Notes: generated by a model from the letters alone, not told the origin. Positions 20,008 through 30,335 are shown, numbered from the stretch's first letter. The stretch: 64,000 nt of DNA from Candidatus Poribacteria bacterium (GCA_963663765.2 CAXXUA010000005.1:1024001-1088000); one strand, 5' to 3'. Translations and numbers: made by a program.

Positions 20008-20559
20008 TTAAAATGTTTTAACGACACCTAAATAGAGGCGTGATGGGGTGATTCCAACTTGGAGTCCCAAATTTTCTATCTGTTCTGCATCCTCTTGAAT
20101 TGAACGAATTTGTGAGTTTGCATTATACAAGTTTGCACTCACATAAGAATCAATAATACTGTATGCCCAAAGTCCTAAACCCGTATAAATAAAGAACATC
20201 TTTAGTTTGTATTTCTGATTTGCATTTTCGTAGTTTTCTAACACAGCATCGGAGTCATCAGGTTGATAACTGGCAGCAAGAACGTAGTTGTTATATTCGT
20301 CTGCAAAAGCTTGATCTGCAAAATAAGCCCCAACTGCAGAACCACCAATACTGAGTAAAATCAAACTGCCGCGAAAGTAATTACGACTATGGAATTGTCC
20401 CCAACCGGGAAATACTGTTGCACGCACCATATTTCCAATAGGAGAAATTAACCTTATCGATTCTTCTGGGACAATTGGAGCGTTACTGCTCTCTACCGTT
20501 TCGGCATAACAGAGTTGTAGACTTGCAAATAAAATCAGTAGGGTCAATAAAATACGCAT
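20008..20559 (-). CDS. Membrane protein (DUF5683-like)
   Basis: Signal peptide; RATVFPGWGQF motif; LWAYSIIDSYVSA. Confidence 0.6.
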   Translation of the reverse strand: MRILLTLLILFASLQLCYAETVESSNAPIVPEESIRLISPIGNMVRATVFPGWGQFHSRNYFRGSLILLSIGGSAVGAYFADQAFADEYNNYVLAASYQPDDSDAVLENYENANQKYKLKMFFIYTGLGLWAYSIIDSYVSANLYNANSQIRSIQEDAEQIENLGLQVGITPSRLYLGVVKTF

Positions 20560-20612
20560 TTACACCGCTAATATAGTCTTATATTATGATGAGTACATCT
20601 ATGTTATTGTTG

Positions 20613-20645
20613 ACAATGCCCCGCGAACAATACACGAGGCATTGT
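20613..20645 (-). terminator. Hairpin downstream of the Ser/Arg-rich protein gene
   Basis: ACAATGCC ... GGCATTGT. Confidence 0.5.
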
Positions 20646-20676
20646 ATATTTCTGCTAACGCATTGATGCGAAAGTT

Positions 20677-22284
20677 CTATCTTCTATTCTTGATCCGTTG
20701 TGTTGTCCGACTGCGATTGTCGTCGTCGTCATCGTCGTTATCACTGCTGCTGGAACTCGATTTCGTTGATGTACGGGACGTTGTCGTTGGACGAGTCCGT
20801 GAACTACTTGACGTAGAACGACTCACACTCTGCGTTTGAGTCCGCGTCGGAGTAGATCTTGATGATGAAACGGACGAACTTCGCGGCTGTGTTCGAACAG
20901 TCCTACTACTACGTAAAGTAGAGTTTGAGCTGCTTCTGCTGCTATATCGTGAACTGGACGAAGAACTTGGCCGATTTGAATAGGAAGAAACTGATCGTCT
21001 ATATATCTGAGAATTTCTTTCCGTTACAGAAGTAGGACTCCTTCTATCTGCATTCACATTAGCACGTGAATTTAAGAGAGGTCGTCGTTGACTATCGGAT
21101 GTTTTTGTTGCGAATCGTGAACGACTATTATATGTTCTGAGTGCATCGTCCTGTCGCGTGGTTGTTCTTGCAAGAGCAGTTCGTTGTTTCTGAGTAATTA
21201 TATCAGAACGCGTAACACGTTCTGTTGGTGGTGGTGCTTGCGCTCGGTGGTTTTCAATAATCACCCGGACATTATTCTGAACTTGAGTCCGTTCTGCTGT
21301 CCGAGTAGGTACGGCTAACCGACTCCGAGAATACTGTTTTCGTATTGAATCGTGTTGTGCGCTCCACCGATTTAGCTGCGTACGTTTATGGTATACGGGT
21401 GTACCTCTACTGTAAACACCATAGTAAGGTGTGTGGTAATACGAATACCGAGTTGGGTGATAAGTACGGTAACGACCTAAGTAACCCCCGTAGTATGTCC
21501 GTATTGAGAGATAACGATGATCGTAGACCGGATAACTCCAACACAGATAGGAATTATATCCTGAGGAGTAAAATATCGGACCATCGTAAAAGTAGAGATA
21601 GGTGTATCGGTTCCAGTGCCGCCAGCGGTAGGAAGGCGTATAGTGCTGAACGACACGCACGTTGGGTGCTCTGCGGTAAGTGGTAACCTCAATGTATTCT
21701 ACATCAAGCTGTTCACCGCCTTCAGCAACGACATGAAGTTCCATCCATCCATTGTCAACATGGCCGGCAGCTGGAATTTTGATAGTTTCAGATCGATTTT
21801 TGGCACGGAGTACAAAGGTGTCGCCATATCGTGTTTCAGATGCGTTTTGGTCATTGTATCCGCGTCTTGTCGCTTCTCGTCTGATGTTCCGAATCCAAAC
21901 ACGTCCAGCGATCGGTTCATAATCGTCGTTTATGTCAAATTTATTCGGTTCACCTCTATAACGCACAAGTATCTCTATTGACTGTGCACTACGTGGAATT
22001 TCAAAGAGGTATACGCCGCTGGCGATTGCAAATTCGTAGTTGTCAACATCTTGCTTGGCAGTTGCCCAAGCAGTTAGCCGCATACCTTCATCAAAAATAG
22101 GACTTGCGGTGATCGTCGCGTTGCCACGTTCAATCCATTCATCTACATCACTCGCGACCCGATGTTCACGGCTTAGTCGGTCCGCGTAATACCCGTAATC
22201 GGCTTGACTCACTGCTGCAATCGTTCCGATGAACAAGCAGCTGAGCAGCCCTGCGATTGCCATAGTTAAAATTCGATTTCTCAT
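20677..22284 (-). CDS. Secreted hypothetical protein with Tyr-rich middle and Ser/Arg-rich disordered tail
   Basis: Signal peptide, RBS AGGAGG, composition of the translated ORF. Confidence 0.75.
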   Translation of the reverse strand: MRNRILTMAIAGLLSCLFIGTIAAVSQADYGYYADRLSREHRVASDVDEWIERGNATITASPIFDEGMRLTAWATAKQDVDNYEFAIASGVYLFEIPRSAQSIEILVRYRGEPNKFDINDDYEPIAGRVWIRNIRREATRRGYNDQNASETRYGDTFVLRAKNRSETIKIPAAGHVDNGWMELHVVAEGGEQLDVEYIEVTTYRRAPNVRVVQHYTPSYRWRHWNRYTYLYFYDGPIFYSSGYNSYLCWSYPVYDHRYLSIRTYYGGYLGRYRTYHPTRYSYYHTPYYGVYSRGTPVYHKRTQLNRWSAQHDSIRKQYSRSRLAVPTRTAERTQVQNNVRVIIENHRAQAPPPTERVTRSDIITQKQRTALARTTTRQDDALRTYNSRSRFATKTSDSQRRPLLNSRANVNADRRSPTSVTERNSQIYRRSVSSYSNRPSSSSSSRYSSRSSSNSTLRSSRTVRTQPRSSSVSSSRSTPTRTQTQSVSRSTSSSSRTRPTTTSRTSTKSSSSSSDNDDDDDDNRSRTTQRIKNRR

Positions 22285-22542
22285 GAGAATCCTCCTAATA
22301 GTGATCTTAAACCAGCAGGGATAGCCGTTGGTTGGTAAGATTTAGGTAGTATCTTATAATTTATCTTTTCTCTTCGTATCAAAGTATATACTGTTAGTTC
22401 AGATCCTTTGTATTGAGTTGTTTCTGTCTTCTCAATTGCATCAATACATATAATTCCTTAACATTCATAGACAGTGTATTGACAGTGTATCATATCTTGT
22501 CATAAATGTCAAACAACAAAAATTGAGTTCTTATAGGTGTTC

Positions 22543-23304
22543 CTATAGACCCGAATTATATTTCTTTGATTTAGACATCAACTTGATACCCCGTTTTTGT
22601 GCATGATCTCGCGCGAGGGGTGTGATAATAGCAGCTTTGGAATAAACTAACTCTTGGACATTATCTGCCAGATTTGCAATCACAGTCGCACTAATAATGG
22701 GTAAATCTACGTTTACATGCGTTAGTGAATCACCTTCAAGAATAGATGCTGCAATCTGATCAACTGTTATCCAATTAACGCCAAATTCTGTCAACACGTT
22801 TACATGATCAGGTTCAATTCGGTCAAGAGAATGTATTGTTTTTTCTTCGTTCTTCCTTTTGGTTGAAATATCCGCTGCTGCTAAAACACGTTTTCCACAA
22901 CAAAGTGCATGGTAAATCAGATAGGTACATGACGTATCAACTAACTTCATCGCAAGCTTCCCTGCCATTGGGTAAGAAAGCGCAGGTAATACAATTTGTG
23001 AATAATTCTCAACAATAGTTGGTATATCAGTTATACTATTTTCCTGTAGGATATTCTCTTCACTAAACGTTGAGTAAATCAAATCGAGATTTAAAACTTT
23101 AGTTGCAAGTTCAGATAGAATAATTCGAAAATTCCATCCTTCCTGCATACATATTTGAAATTGTTGTAATATAGGATCTAACGGATGTTGCGTTGTGCCT
23201 AAAACCGCAAGCAGCTGCTTTTCGCTTTTTTGTGTGCTACTGGTATGTTCCCATAGTACTCTCTCAACAATTTTTTCTATTTGAGCAATCTGTTCTGGTG
23301 TCAT
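22543..23304 (-). CDS. BMC-associated flavoprotein-like protein with N-terminal encapsulation-peptide-like helix
   Basis: Overlaps the pduL stop (ATGA); IILSELA, IVLPALS...GKLA flavoprotein-like pattern; C-terminal IITPLARD; N-terminal EQIAQIEKIVERVL. Confidence 0.6.
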   Translation of the reverse strand: MTPEQIAQIEKIVERVLWEHTSSTQKSEKQLLAVLGTTQHPLDPILQQFQICMQEGWNFRIILSELATKVLNLDLIYSTFSEENILQENSITDIPTIVENYSQIVLPALSYPMAGKLAMKLVDTSCTYLIYHALCCGKRVLAAADISTKRKNEEKTIHSLDRIEPDHVNVLTEFGVNWITVDQIAASILEGDSLTHVNVDLPIISATVIANLADNVQELVYSKAAIITPLARDHAQKRGIKLMSKSKKYNSGL

Positions 23305-24014
23305 GTGTCGTTGCGAAGCAGTTCAACCGCTTCACCACCTTTCAAACCAGCGGCATTGGAATCATCAGTATCCAGGTGCATCTGAAGTGCATAAGATGCG
23401 TGTATTTTCGGACGGATGTTCTCTAAAGTTAATGCACGTTCACCTGGAAAACGGATTTTAAGTCGGTCTGCTTCATTGACACCGAAAGCATCAGCTTGTT
23501 CAGGTGTCATGTGTATATGTCGGGATGCACAGATTGCACCTTCTTCTAAATAGACACTGCCAACAGTACCGACAAGTGTTATGGGTTCAGCTCCGTCAAG
23601 GTCGCCAGAATCCCGTATGGGTGGATTGAGTCCGAGTCGGATTGCTTCTGTCTGTGCCACCTCAACTTGGGAATAATCCCTAACAGGACCGAGGATCCGC
23701 ACGTGTTCGATCGCACGCATGCGTTTGCCGACAATAGTGACTGTTTCATTCGCAGCAAACGCTCCTGGCTGATATAGTGGTGCGTAGACAGTGAGTTGAT
23801 GTCCAGGACCATAAAGGATTTCAAGGTCTTCCTGCGTTACGTGTGCATGTCGAGCTGAAACGCCAACCGGTATTTTTTGTTGTGCTAAAGCCACGTCACA
23901 TGCGCGGTTGCCTGCATCACATGTACGTAATGCGCAGCCACTGCAAGATTGATCATTCGACAACCGACTTACAACACGACGGGTAATTAACTGTACTAAA
24001 TCTTGGTCATGCAT
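23301..24014 (-). CDS. pduL: Phosphate propanoyl/acetyltransferase PduL
   Basis: PVGVSARHAH, QPGAFAA.E, SQVEV, RHIHM, MHLDTDD. Confidence 0.93.
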   Translation of the reverse strand: MHDQDLVQLITRRVVSRLSNDQSCSGCALRTCDAGNRACDVALAQQKIPVGVSARHAHVTQEDLEILYGPGHQLTVYAPLYQPGAFAANETVTIVGKRMRAIEHVRILGPVRDYSQVEVAQTEAIRLGLNPPIRDSGDLDGAEPITLVGTVGSVYLEEGAICASRHIHMTPEQADAFGVNEADRLKIRFPGERALTLENIRPKIHASYALQMHLDTDDSNAAGLKGGEAVELLRNDT

Positions 24015-24066
24015 ATTGGGAAATCTTTCTATTTATATTCAATTTTCCAGAAGGTAATTTGTAAAT

Positions 24067-24342
24067 TTATCCACTTGGTAGGATAGATTCCACTTCAGCG
24101 TGGGGTCTTGGGATCACGTGTACTGAAACAACTTCTCCAACACGTGCAGCTGCTTCTGCACCGACATCGGTTGCAGCTTTCACAGCACCAACATCTCCAC
24201 GTACCATCACTGTCACATAACCCGCACCGATCTGTTGGTATCCGATAAGACGGACATTTGCAGCCTTTACCATCGCATCTGCTGCCTCTATACTGCCAAC
24301 TAATCCTCTTGTTTCAACTAAACCTAATGCTTCTCCACTCAT
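24067..24342 (-). CDS. Bacterial microcompartment hexameric shell protein (BMC-H, EutM/PduA-like)
   Basis: [20 protein letters not shown]...[10 protein letters not shown]...HVIPRPH. Confidence 0.96.
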   Translation of the reverse strand: MSGEALGLVETRGLVGSIEAADAMVKAANVRLIGYQQIGAGYVTVMVRGDVGAVKAATDVGAEAAARVGEVVSVHVIPRPHAEVESILPSG

Positions 24343-24389
24343 ATTGTTTCATGTCTCCTATTTTTGTAAATCTGGATTTTTGAGTCTGT

Positions 24390-25292
24390 CTATAGTATAG
24401 CGGAAAAATTGAAATTCTTCAATATAATTTCACCGAAAAGTCTATAAATCGTCTCTATATCATCTCTTACCTGTTCATCGTTTTTATTTTTCTCTTGGGC
24501 AGCAGCACGCCAAAGGAAAATCGGTATCAGTTGATGTTGATCATTCTTCCAATTCTCTATAGTATCCGTCAGCAGATTAAGTGCCTGTGAATAATCGGAT
24601 TCTTCTGATTCATGATTATTTAATGCCCCATGAACATCTCCACGGCTAAGATAGGCAAGAGCGTACTGCGGTTGCAGTTCGATTGATTTGTCAAAGTCTG
24701 CTAAAGCAAGTTTCAGTTCGGTATCATTTTCCTTTGATAACAGATACTTTTCGTAAAACGCACTGCCTCGGTTATAATAAGCGATTGCACTTGGTCGGTG
24801 TTTTACGATATAGTCATAATCTTCAAGTGCTTTGTTGATTTTGCCTGTTTCAAGATAGACTTCAGCGCGTTTTGACAAAACAAGGGCATTCTTTCTTTGC
24901 TTTAGGGATGCAGTGTAATCAGCAATCGCATTGGAGAAATCGTTTAAGGCAAGGTAAGCATCAGCACGACTTACATAAGCATCGGCAATATATAGCTTGA
25001 GTGACAGGGTGTGGGTATAGTCATCAATTGCCGCTTTGTAATCGGCTAAATAGTAGTATGCTATTCCGCGTTTGATGTATGCTTCAGCATATTTCGGTTC
25101 AATTTCAATTGCTTGTGTGAAAGAGGTAATTGCTTTGTGGTTTTTTCCATCTCTGAGTAGTTTTGTTCCTAAAGAAAGATGTTTATGTGCGGTTTTGTCA
25201 ACCCCTTTTAGTTTTTCCCAGGTAACGAAGCGCGAAGCAAGAATAAATGTCAGAATAAGAATAGGGGTCATAATGTAAATTAACGCACGCAT
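24390..25292 (-). CDS. Tetratricopeptide-repeat protein with N-terminal membrane anchor
   Basis: Repeated AY..RG.AY....Y..AI.DY patterns. Confidence 0.88.
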   Translation of the reverse strand: MRALIYIMTPILILTFILASRFVTWEKLKGVDKTAHKHLSLGTKLLRDGKNHKAITSFTQAIEIEPKYAEAYIKRGIAYYYLADYKAAIDDYTHTLSLKLYIADAYVSRADAYLALNDFSNAIADYTASLKQRKNALVLSKRAEVYLETGKINKALEDYDYIVKHRPSAIAYYNRGSAFYEKYLLSKENDTELKLALADFDKSIELQPQYALAYLSRGDVHGALNNHESEESDYSQALNLLTDTIENWKNDQHQLIPIFLWRAAAQEKNKNDEQVRDDIETIYRLFGEIILKNFNFSAIL

Positions 25293-25304
25293 ATTACAAT
25301 ACTC

Positions 25305-26288
25305 TTATTCTTTTGCTGGATATAGGGGATGAATGTTGACACCATATTTCAGTTCATCAACAGACGTATATGTCTTAGATAAATCTATTTCAAGATAGGT
25401 CTGTCCACCTTCAATTCCACCGTAACCTGTAGAGAAGATGAGTTGTTTGCCACTGAGTCTTGCAACACCGTCTCTGATATATTTATTTGGAAAATAACTA
25501 ATGGGAGTATGTCCGACGATTAGGAAATTCGCTTGAATTTTTTTGAGAAAATTTTCGGTGTGTTTTGGTGTATATCCGCCAGTAGACACGATCTCAGGTC
25601 TGTCCCACAATATCTCGTCAAATATTTTGGGACTGGGTTTAATCAGGTCCGCTAAATTCCGAATCGATCGGGAGGGCCCCGCATGAACAGCAACAAATCC
25701 ATTTTTACCAATAACAACGGTTGGTAAATTGGTAAGAAACTCAAAATGTTCATCGGTCATGCGTTCAATGAAATTGAACTGTTTATAGTAACTTGCGTTT
25801 ATGCTGGTGTAAAGTTTCCGTATAAAAGCTGGACGATTTTCATCTGTCATTCCGTTAGTTTTCATCAGAGCGAATGTATCTGCTGCGGCATATTCATGGT
25901 TACCTCTGATATAGATGAGTCTCTTACCTTGATCACCAAGCTGCCGTTGTATCTCAATCACGCGATTAACAATTTGGACATCGCCAAAAGGTCGTTTTGG
26001 TTGTTCATCAGGCTTATAGTCAATGGCATCACCAAGCATGATACCGTAAACATCCTCTCCCGCTTCAATCTTTTGAACAAGCTGTGTCTGTTCTAACCAC
26101 TGATTAAAATCTTTCCAGTGTGCATGCAGGTCGGCAACAATGTAGACTGTTCCTTGTTCGGGTAGGACGATGACATGTTCATCACGCGTATATTCGTTAG
26201 GATACTGCGATATGTGTTTCGTCTGTGCCGTTGCACTTAACGTGAAACAGACAAGAAATACTATGATGTAAAGAAAATAATTATTCAT
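25305..26288 (-). CDS. Exported calcineurin-like metallophosphoesterase
   Basis: DLH, GDAID, GNHE, VHAG, GHT motifs; signal peptide. Confidence 0.85.
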   Translation of the reverse strand: MNNYFLYIIVFLVCFTLSATAQTKHISQYPNEYTRDEHVIVLPEQGTVYIVADLHAHWKDFNQWLEQTQLVQKIEAGEDVYGIMLGDAIDYKPDEQPKRPFGDVQIVNRVIEIQRQLGDQGKRLIYIRGNHEYAAADTFALMKTNGMTDENRPAFIRKLYTSINASYYKQFNFIERMTDEHFEFLTNLPTVVIGKNGFVAVHAGPSRSIRNLADLIKPSPKIFDEILWDRPEIVSTGGYTPKHTENFLKKIQANFLIVGHTPISYFPNKYIRDGVARLSGKQLIFSTGYGGIEGGQTYLEIDLSKTYTSVDELKYGVNIHPLYPAKE

Positions 26289-26294
26289 ATATTT

Positions 26295-27218
26295 TTATTC
26301 TATGAAGAATGCATCCACAACTTCTTCCTGTTGTCTAAGTCTTTTGAGATGTCTTCTTCTACGACTCCGAGTAATGATATAACACAATAATAATAAACCA
26401 CTGATACCACCCCAAAACACATACGTATTGGACAAGAATGTTGCCCAATGATACCGTTCTGGCAGAGACGCCTGCCAAAGTCTGTCAAATGTCGTTAGAT
26501 CATAACCAAGAACGGCTTCAAATGCGGCGTTAAGATTTACACCTGTATGGAGCCGGTCTATGATTGCCCATAAAGCCTCGTTCCCGTTAACATCTACGAA
26601 CCAACGGAGTGCGTCTTGACTTTGCGCATACGCTAAATCAGCTCCTAACTGAGAAACAGGGAATTTATCTGATAGTGCATGTAACGGATAAATGGATTTA
26701 GTAAAGACCTTTTTTAATAAAGTTTTGTGCCGACCCGGCACCCATTCCTTTGAAAAGTGTATGGCGATCCCCTCCACAAACCATAATGGAATACCTTTGA
26801 CCGCTTTTCGTGTATATTGTCCAAACAAGACATGCGCGATTTCGTGCCGAAGCACTTGTGCTAATTGGAGTTTGGCAGTTGCGATTTGTGACGGATTTTG
26901 GATAATAATACGCCGACTCAACGGGAACGCACATCCAACCGCCCAATCCTGTATCGGTGCATGCACATAAGCCTGGAAAGCTTCCTGTGTATCACACACC
27001 CAAATTTTTATTGTCGCACTCGGTATGTTATCTGTTATTCTCGAAAACTCCCCATAAAACTCCTCTGCAATTCGGAGGATTGACTCAGGATCCACCGTAT
27101 TTTCTTTATAGTAGACACGGAAATGTTGACTTTCCGATGACTCCCAAGAGGCAAACACTGGATATACTTGAAGAAATAACAAAATGTAAATGAAACTTTT
27201 CATAACCTGCCCATACAT
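26295..27218 (-). CDS. Peptidase MA-like (HExxH) membrane-anchored protein
   Basis: LRHEIAH...PLWFVEGIA; C-terminal TM followed by an Arg cluster. Confidence 0.8.
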   Translation of the reverse strand: MYGQVMKSFIYILLFLQVYPVFASWESSESQHFRVYYKENTVDPESILRIAEEFYGEFSRITDNIPSATIKIWVCDTQEAFQAYVHAPIQDWAVGCAFPLSRRIIIQNPSQIATAKLQLAQVLRHEIAHVLFGQYTRKAVKGIPLWFVEGIAIHFSKEWVPGRHKTLLKKVFTKSIYPLHALSDKFPVSQLGADLAYAQSQDALRWFVDVNGNEALWAIIDRLHTGVNLNAAFEAVLGYDLTTFDRLWQASLPERYHWATFLSNTYVFWGGISGLLLLCYIITRSRRRRHLKRLRQQEEVVDAFFIE

Positions 27219-27233
27219 TGGCAGTTATTGAAC

Positions 27234-28775
27234 TTAATATGTTTTCAGGTCAATCGCTCTATTCACCAACATTGTGAGTTCGTCTATCTGCTCATTATTA
27301 AAATGGGGTTGGATTTCTGCAATGGTTTGTTGTACTGTTTCTAAATCTCCCTCTTGTGCCCAATAACTCCCACGAAGTATTTCAGCGAATTCTGCGATTG
27401 CTGCGACAAACTGAAACTCAGCGGAGGCTGCTTCAAATGTGCTCTTCAGATCTGATATGAAGTAATCTTTGCTGATCTCGATAACATTATAATGGTCCGG
27501 GTCTTCGTGTCGCAAGAAAATTGTTGCAAGTTTTCCATTTGCACCCTCATGAAGTTTAATCTCGTAGAGCGCGGTAACACTGTGTCCTGAACCAATTTCT
27601 CCTGCATCTACATCATCATCTCGAAAGTCTTCATGATCAAGACGTCGGTTTTCATAGCCGATCAACCGGAAACGACTGACTGTCTGTGGATTGAAATCAA
27701 CCTGAACTTTTGCATCTTTTGCGATGATTTGTAGTGTCCCGGTCAGGTTCTCAACGAAAATGCGTCTTGCTTCGTTCAGGCTATCCACATAAGCATAACT
27801 TCCGTTGCCATCATTAGCTAACCTTTCCATGAGAATATCGTTGTAGTTCCCCATGCCAAATCCGACTGTTGTTAATGTAATCCCTTCTTCAACGTGCGCG
27901 CGTATCTTTTTGAGGATAGCATCAGAACCAGTCTCACCTACGTTTGCTACTCCATCAGAACAAAGTATCACACGATTGATGCTCCCAGGCTTTGCACTGC
28001 GCTGTGCAAGACTGTACCCAAGTCGAAGTCCTGCCTCAGCATTCGTTACCCCTTCTGGTTCAAGTGCGTTAATTGCATGCAATATTTCACCCCGTGCTTC
28101 AATCCCCGTGTGTGGTAGGATCGTCCGTGCTTCAGTACCGTAGACAACAATGCCAACTTTGTCACCTGGACGTAGTTGATCAACTAATAGGGTCAATGAC
28201 CGTTTTACCAGACCTAACCGATTCTCAAGTGCCATTGAACCCGATACATCAATAACAAAGGTCAATATCGCGCCTTTCCTGTTTTCGTCAGATATGACGC
28301 GACCTTGAATACCAATTCGCAGTAATTGAAGCCGATTCCCATCACCGAATCGTGAAGGTGCTCCTTCAATATAAACAGCAAATGCCCCATCAGAAGGTGG
28401 TGTATAGTTGTAATCAAAGGTATTGACAAATTCTTCTACTCTGACTGCATCCCGCGGCGGTAAATTACCATCATTTAGGTAACGTCTGGTAACAGAATAG
28501 GAAGCGGTGTCAACATCCATAGCGAAAGTGGAAAGGTGATCATCTTCAGTATCTATGAAAGGATTTGTGCCGTATTCCTGAAAAAAGACATCGTCATAAG
28601 CATCATTATTCGGAGGGTTTAATCCTGTATAGATAGAATCATCAATTGCAGCAGTCGAAGCTTGAACGTCTTCCTCACTATCATCAGAACCGCAACCGAT
28701 ATAGAAGATAAATAGTGTAAGAACACATATCCCGAGAACAGTGTTAAAAATGCAGTTGGTATAATTGGTCTGCAT
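27234..28775 (-). CDS. vWA-domain lipoprotein (YfbK/DUF3520-like); start moved to the ATG after RBS AGGAGA
   Basis: STFAMDVDTASYS, MIDAS DVSGS, SDGVANVG, RLIGYENR, DAGEIGSGHSVTALYE. Confidence 0.9.
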   Translation of the reverse strand: MQTNYTNCIFNTVLGICVLTLFIFYIGCGSDDSEEDVQASTAAIDDSIYTGLNPPNNDAYDDVFFQEYGTNPFIDTEDDHLSTFAMDVDTASYSVTRRYLNDGNLPPRDAVRVEEFVNTFDYNYTPPSDGAFAVYIEGAPSRFGDGNRLQLLRIGIQGRVISDENRKGAILTFVIDVSGSMALENRLGLVKRSLTLLVDQLRPGDKVGIVVYGTEARTILPHTGIEARGEILHAINALEPEGVTNAEAGLRLGYSLAQRSAKPGSINRVILCSDGVANVGETGSDAILKKIRAHVEEGITLTTVGFGMGNYNDILMERLANDGNGSYAYVDSLNEARRIFVENLTGTLQIIAKDAKVQVDFNPQTVSRFRLIGYENRRLDHEDFRDDDVDAGEIGSGHSVTALYEIKLHEGANGKLATIFLRHEDPDHYNVIEISKDYFISDLKSTFEAASAEFQFVAAIAEFAEILRGSYWAQEGDLETVQQTIAEIQPHFNNEQIDELTMLVNRAIDLKTY

Positions 28776-28945
28776 TAGATTTATTTCTCCTATATTTAGT
28801 GGTTTTCTTGCTAAGTATTTGTTATATGTTTCCATTGATGATCTCCTACTTAAACGGATGTCTACTGGGTTCTTCTGCATTGGACTTTTATTTTATGCTA
28901 AAATTAATTGCCGAAAGAACCATTTAGTTGAATAATAGTAAGTGT

Positions 28946-30232
28946 TTATGACGGATCGATAACTGTTCCCATAAACAGCACCGTTCCTGTTTCATTGTCA
29001 CGAATGGCATAGAAAAAAGGACGATCAACATTGAATTGAGGCGGGAGACTTGTTTTTACGATTCCTACAACAGTGGCAGCAGCAGCTTCTGTGCCTTCCT
29101 CATTTACCTCAACGAATGTCTTATGTAAGACTGTATCAATATACAGATTACTACCCAAATCGTCTAAATCTGCCATACGACTGAAATCTGCACGACCAGA
29201 ATCAAAGGCTACACCCATACCAAGAGTTGTCAGCACATCCTTTAGTTCTTTTGCACCATACTCCACTTTAAACTTTGGCATTCTGAGATCCATTTCCCGT
29301 TTGCTAAATTCTGTCATCCAGTTTTCCCAGTTCTCTGGTGTCAAAGTATCCAAAAAAGCATTCAAATCAGACTTGTTTGTTGGAACGAAAATATACATAC
29401 CGAACTGACCATCACCATAAGGAAGACTTATGGCTTGGACAGTATCGCTTTGGTAATGTGAGTAACTTCCCCCTGACCTAAACATCATCGGCACCTGTTT
29501 TTGGCTACCATCTGCAAGATTGAATGTCCCATCGCGTGTGTTTTCTGGTTTAAATTCTGTCTGCCACGTACCCTTGAAGTAGATCGCATTTATCAGATAT
29601 AACACAGCACTTCTGTCTATACTGTCGAGAATTGTCGGAATTTTACTGTTCGTATTATCATTTACCCACTGATTAATTGTTGTTAATGTGCTTGCATCTA
29701 AAAAATCAAGAATTGAGACTTCAGCATTGAAGTGGTTTTCGTTGCGTTGTAGAAAATCTGATTTGAATGTATAACCTTCATTTGCCCATAGTGAGTTTGC
29801 AATTGAAAGTGTCACTTTAGGGTCTGATGTCTGAAGTGCTTCTTGCAATTGTGAAAAGCTCCCATTTATCGTTTCGGAGGATAAACCTTGCAGTTGAAGT
29901 GTATCAGCCATCTCTTGTTCGGTATCAGCCGCTGCACCATTTAATGTCATTGCCAATGCAACCGAAACACTATAAGGAGAGATAAAGATATTCATATCAT
30001 TATCTCTCTTATATATTTCTTGGAATAGGTTAAAACCGAATTCCGTATTGCCAGATGCAAGGTCTGCATTAACAACAATAGGTGTATCATCTTCAGTGTC
30101 CGTTTGTGAATCATCCGTGATCTGTCCATCGTCCGTGACTATATTGTCAATGTTTGTACATCCGATGCATAACAATAAAACTATGCACATCAAGTTCAGT
30201 ATTGTTTTTGCGTATTCTTGTATAATATTCAT
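28946..30232 (-). CDS. Serpin (serine protease inhibitor), lipoprotein
   Basis: NIFISPYS, NAIYFKGTW, hinge EVNEEGTEAAAAT, FNVDRPFFYAI, LFMG. Confidence 0.95.
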   Translation of the reverse strand: MNIIQEYAKTILNLMCIVLLLCIGCTNIDNIVTDDGQITDDSQTDTEDDTPIVVNADLASGNTEFGFNLFQEIYKRDNDMNIFISPYSVSVALAMTLNGAAADTEQEMADTLQLQGLSSETINGSFSQLQEALQTSDPKVTLSIANSLWANEGYTFKSDFLQRNENHFNAEVSILDFLDASTLTTINQWVNDNTNSKIPTILDSIDRSAVLYLINAIYFKGTWQTEFKPENTRDGTFNLADGSQKQVPMMFRSGGSYSHYQSDTVQAISLPYGDGQFGMYIFVPTNKSDLNAFLDTLTPENWENWMTEFSKREMDLRMPKFKVEYGAKELKDVLTTLGMGVAFDSGRADFSRMADLDDLGSNLYIDTVLHKTFVEVNEEGTEAAAATVVGIVKTSLPPQFNVDRPFFYAIRDNETGTVLFMGTVIDPS

Positions 30233-30335
30233 AAGTTCTCCTATTAAGTGTTTCTTAATATTTTCATTTCAGAACTTACACACTAAACGTTAAGCGGGAA
30301 ATGCCTACCGTTCCCAAAATGTTTTATTACCCAAA

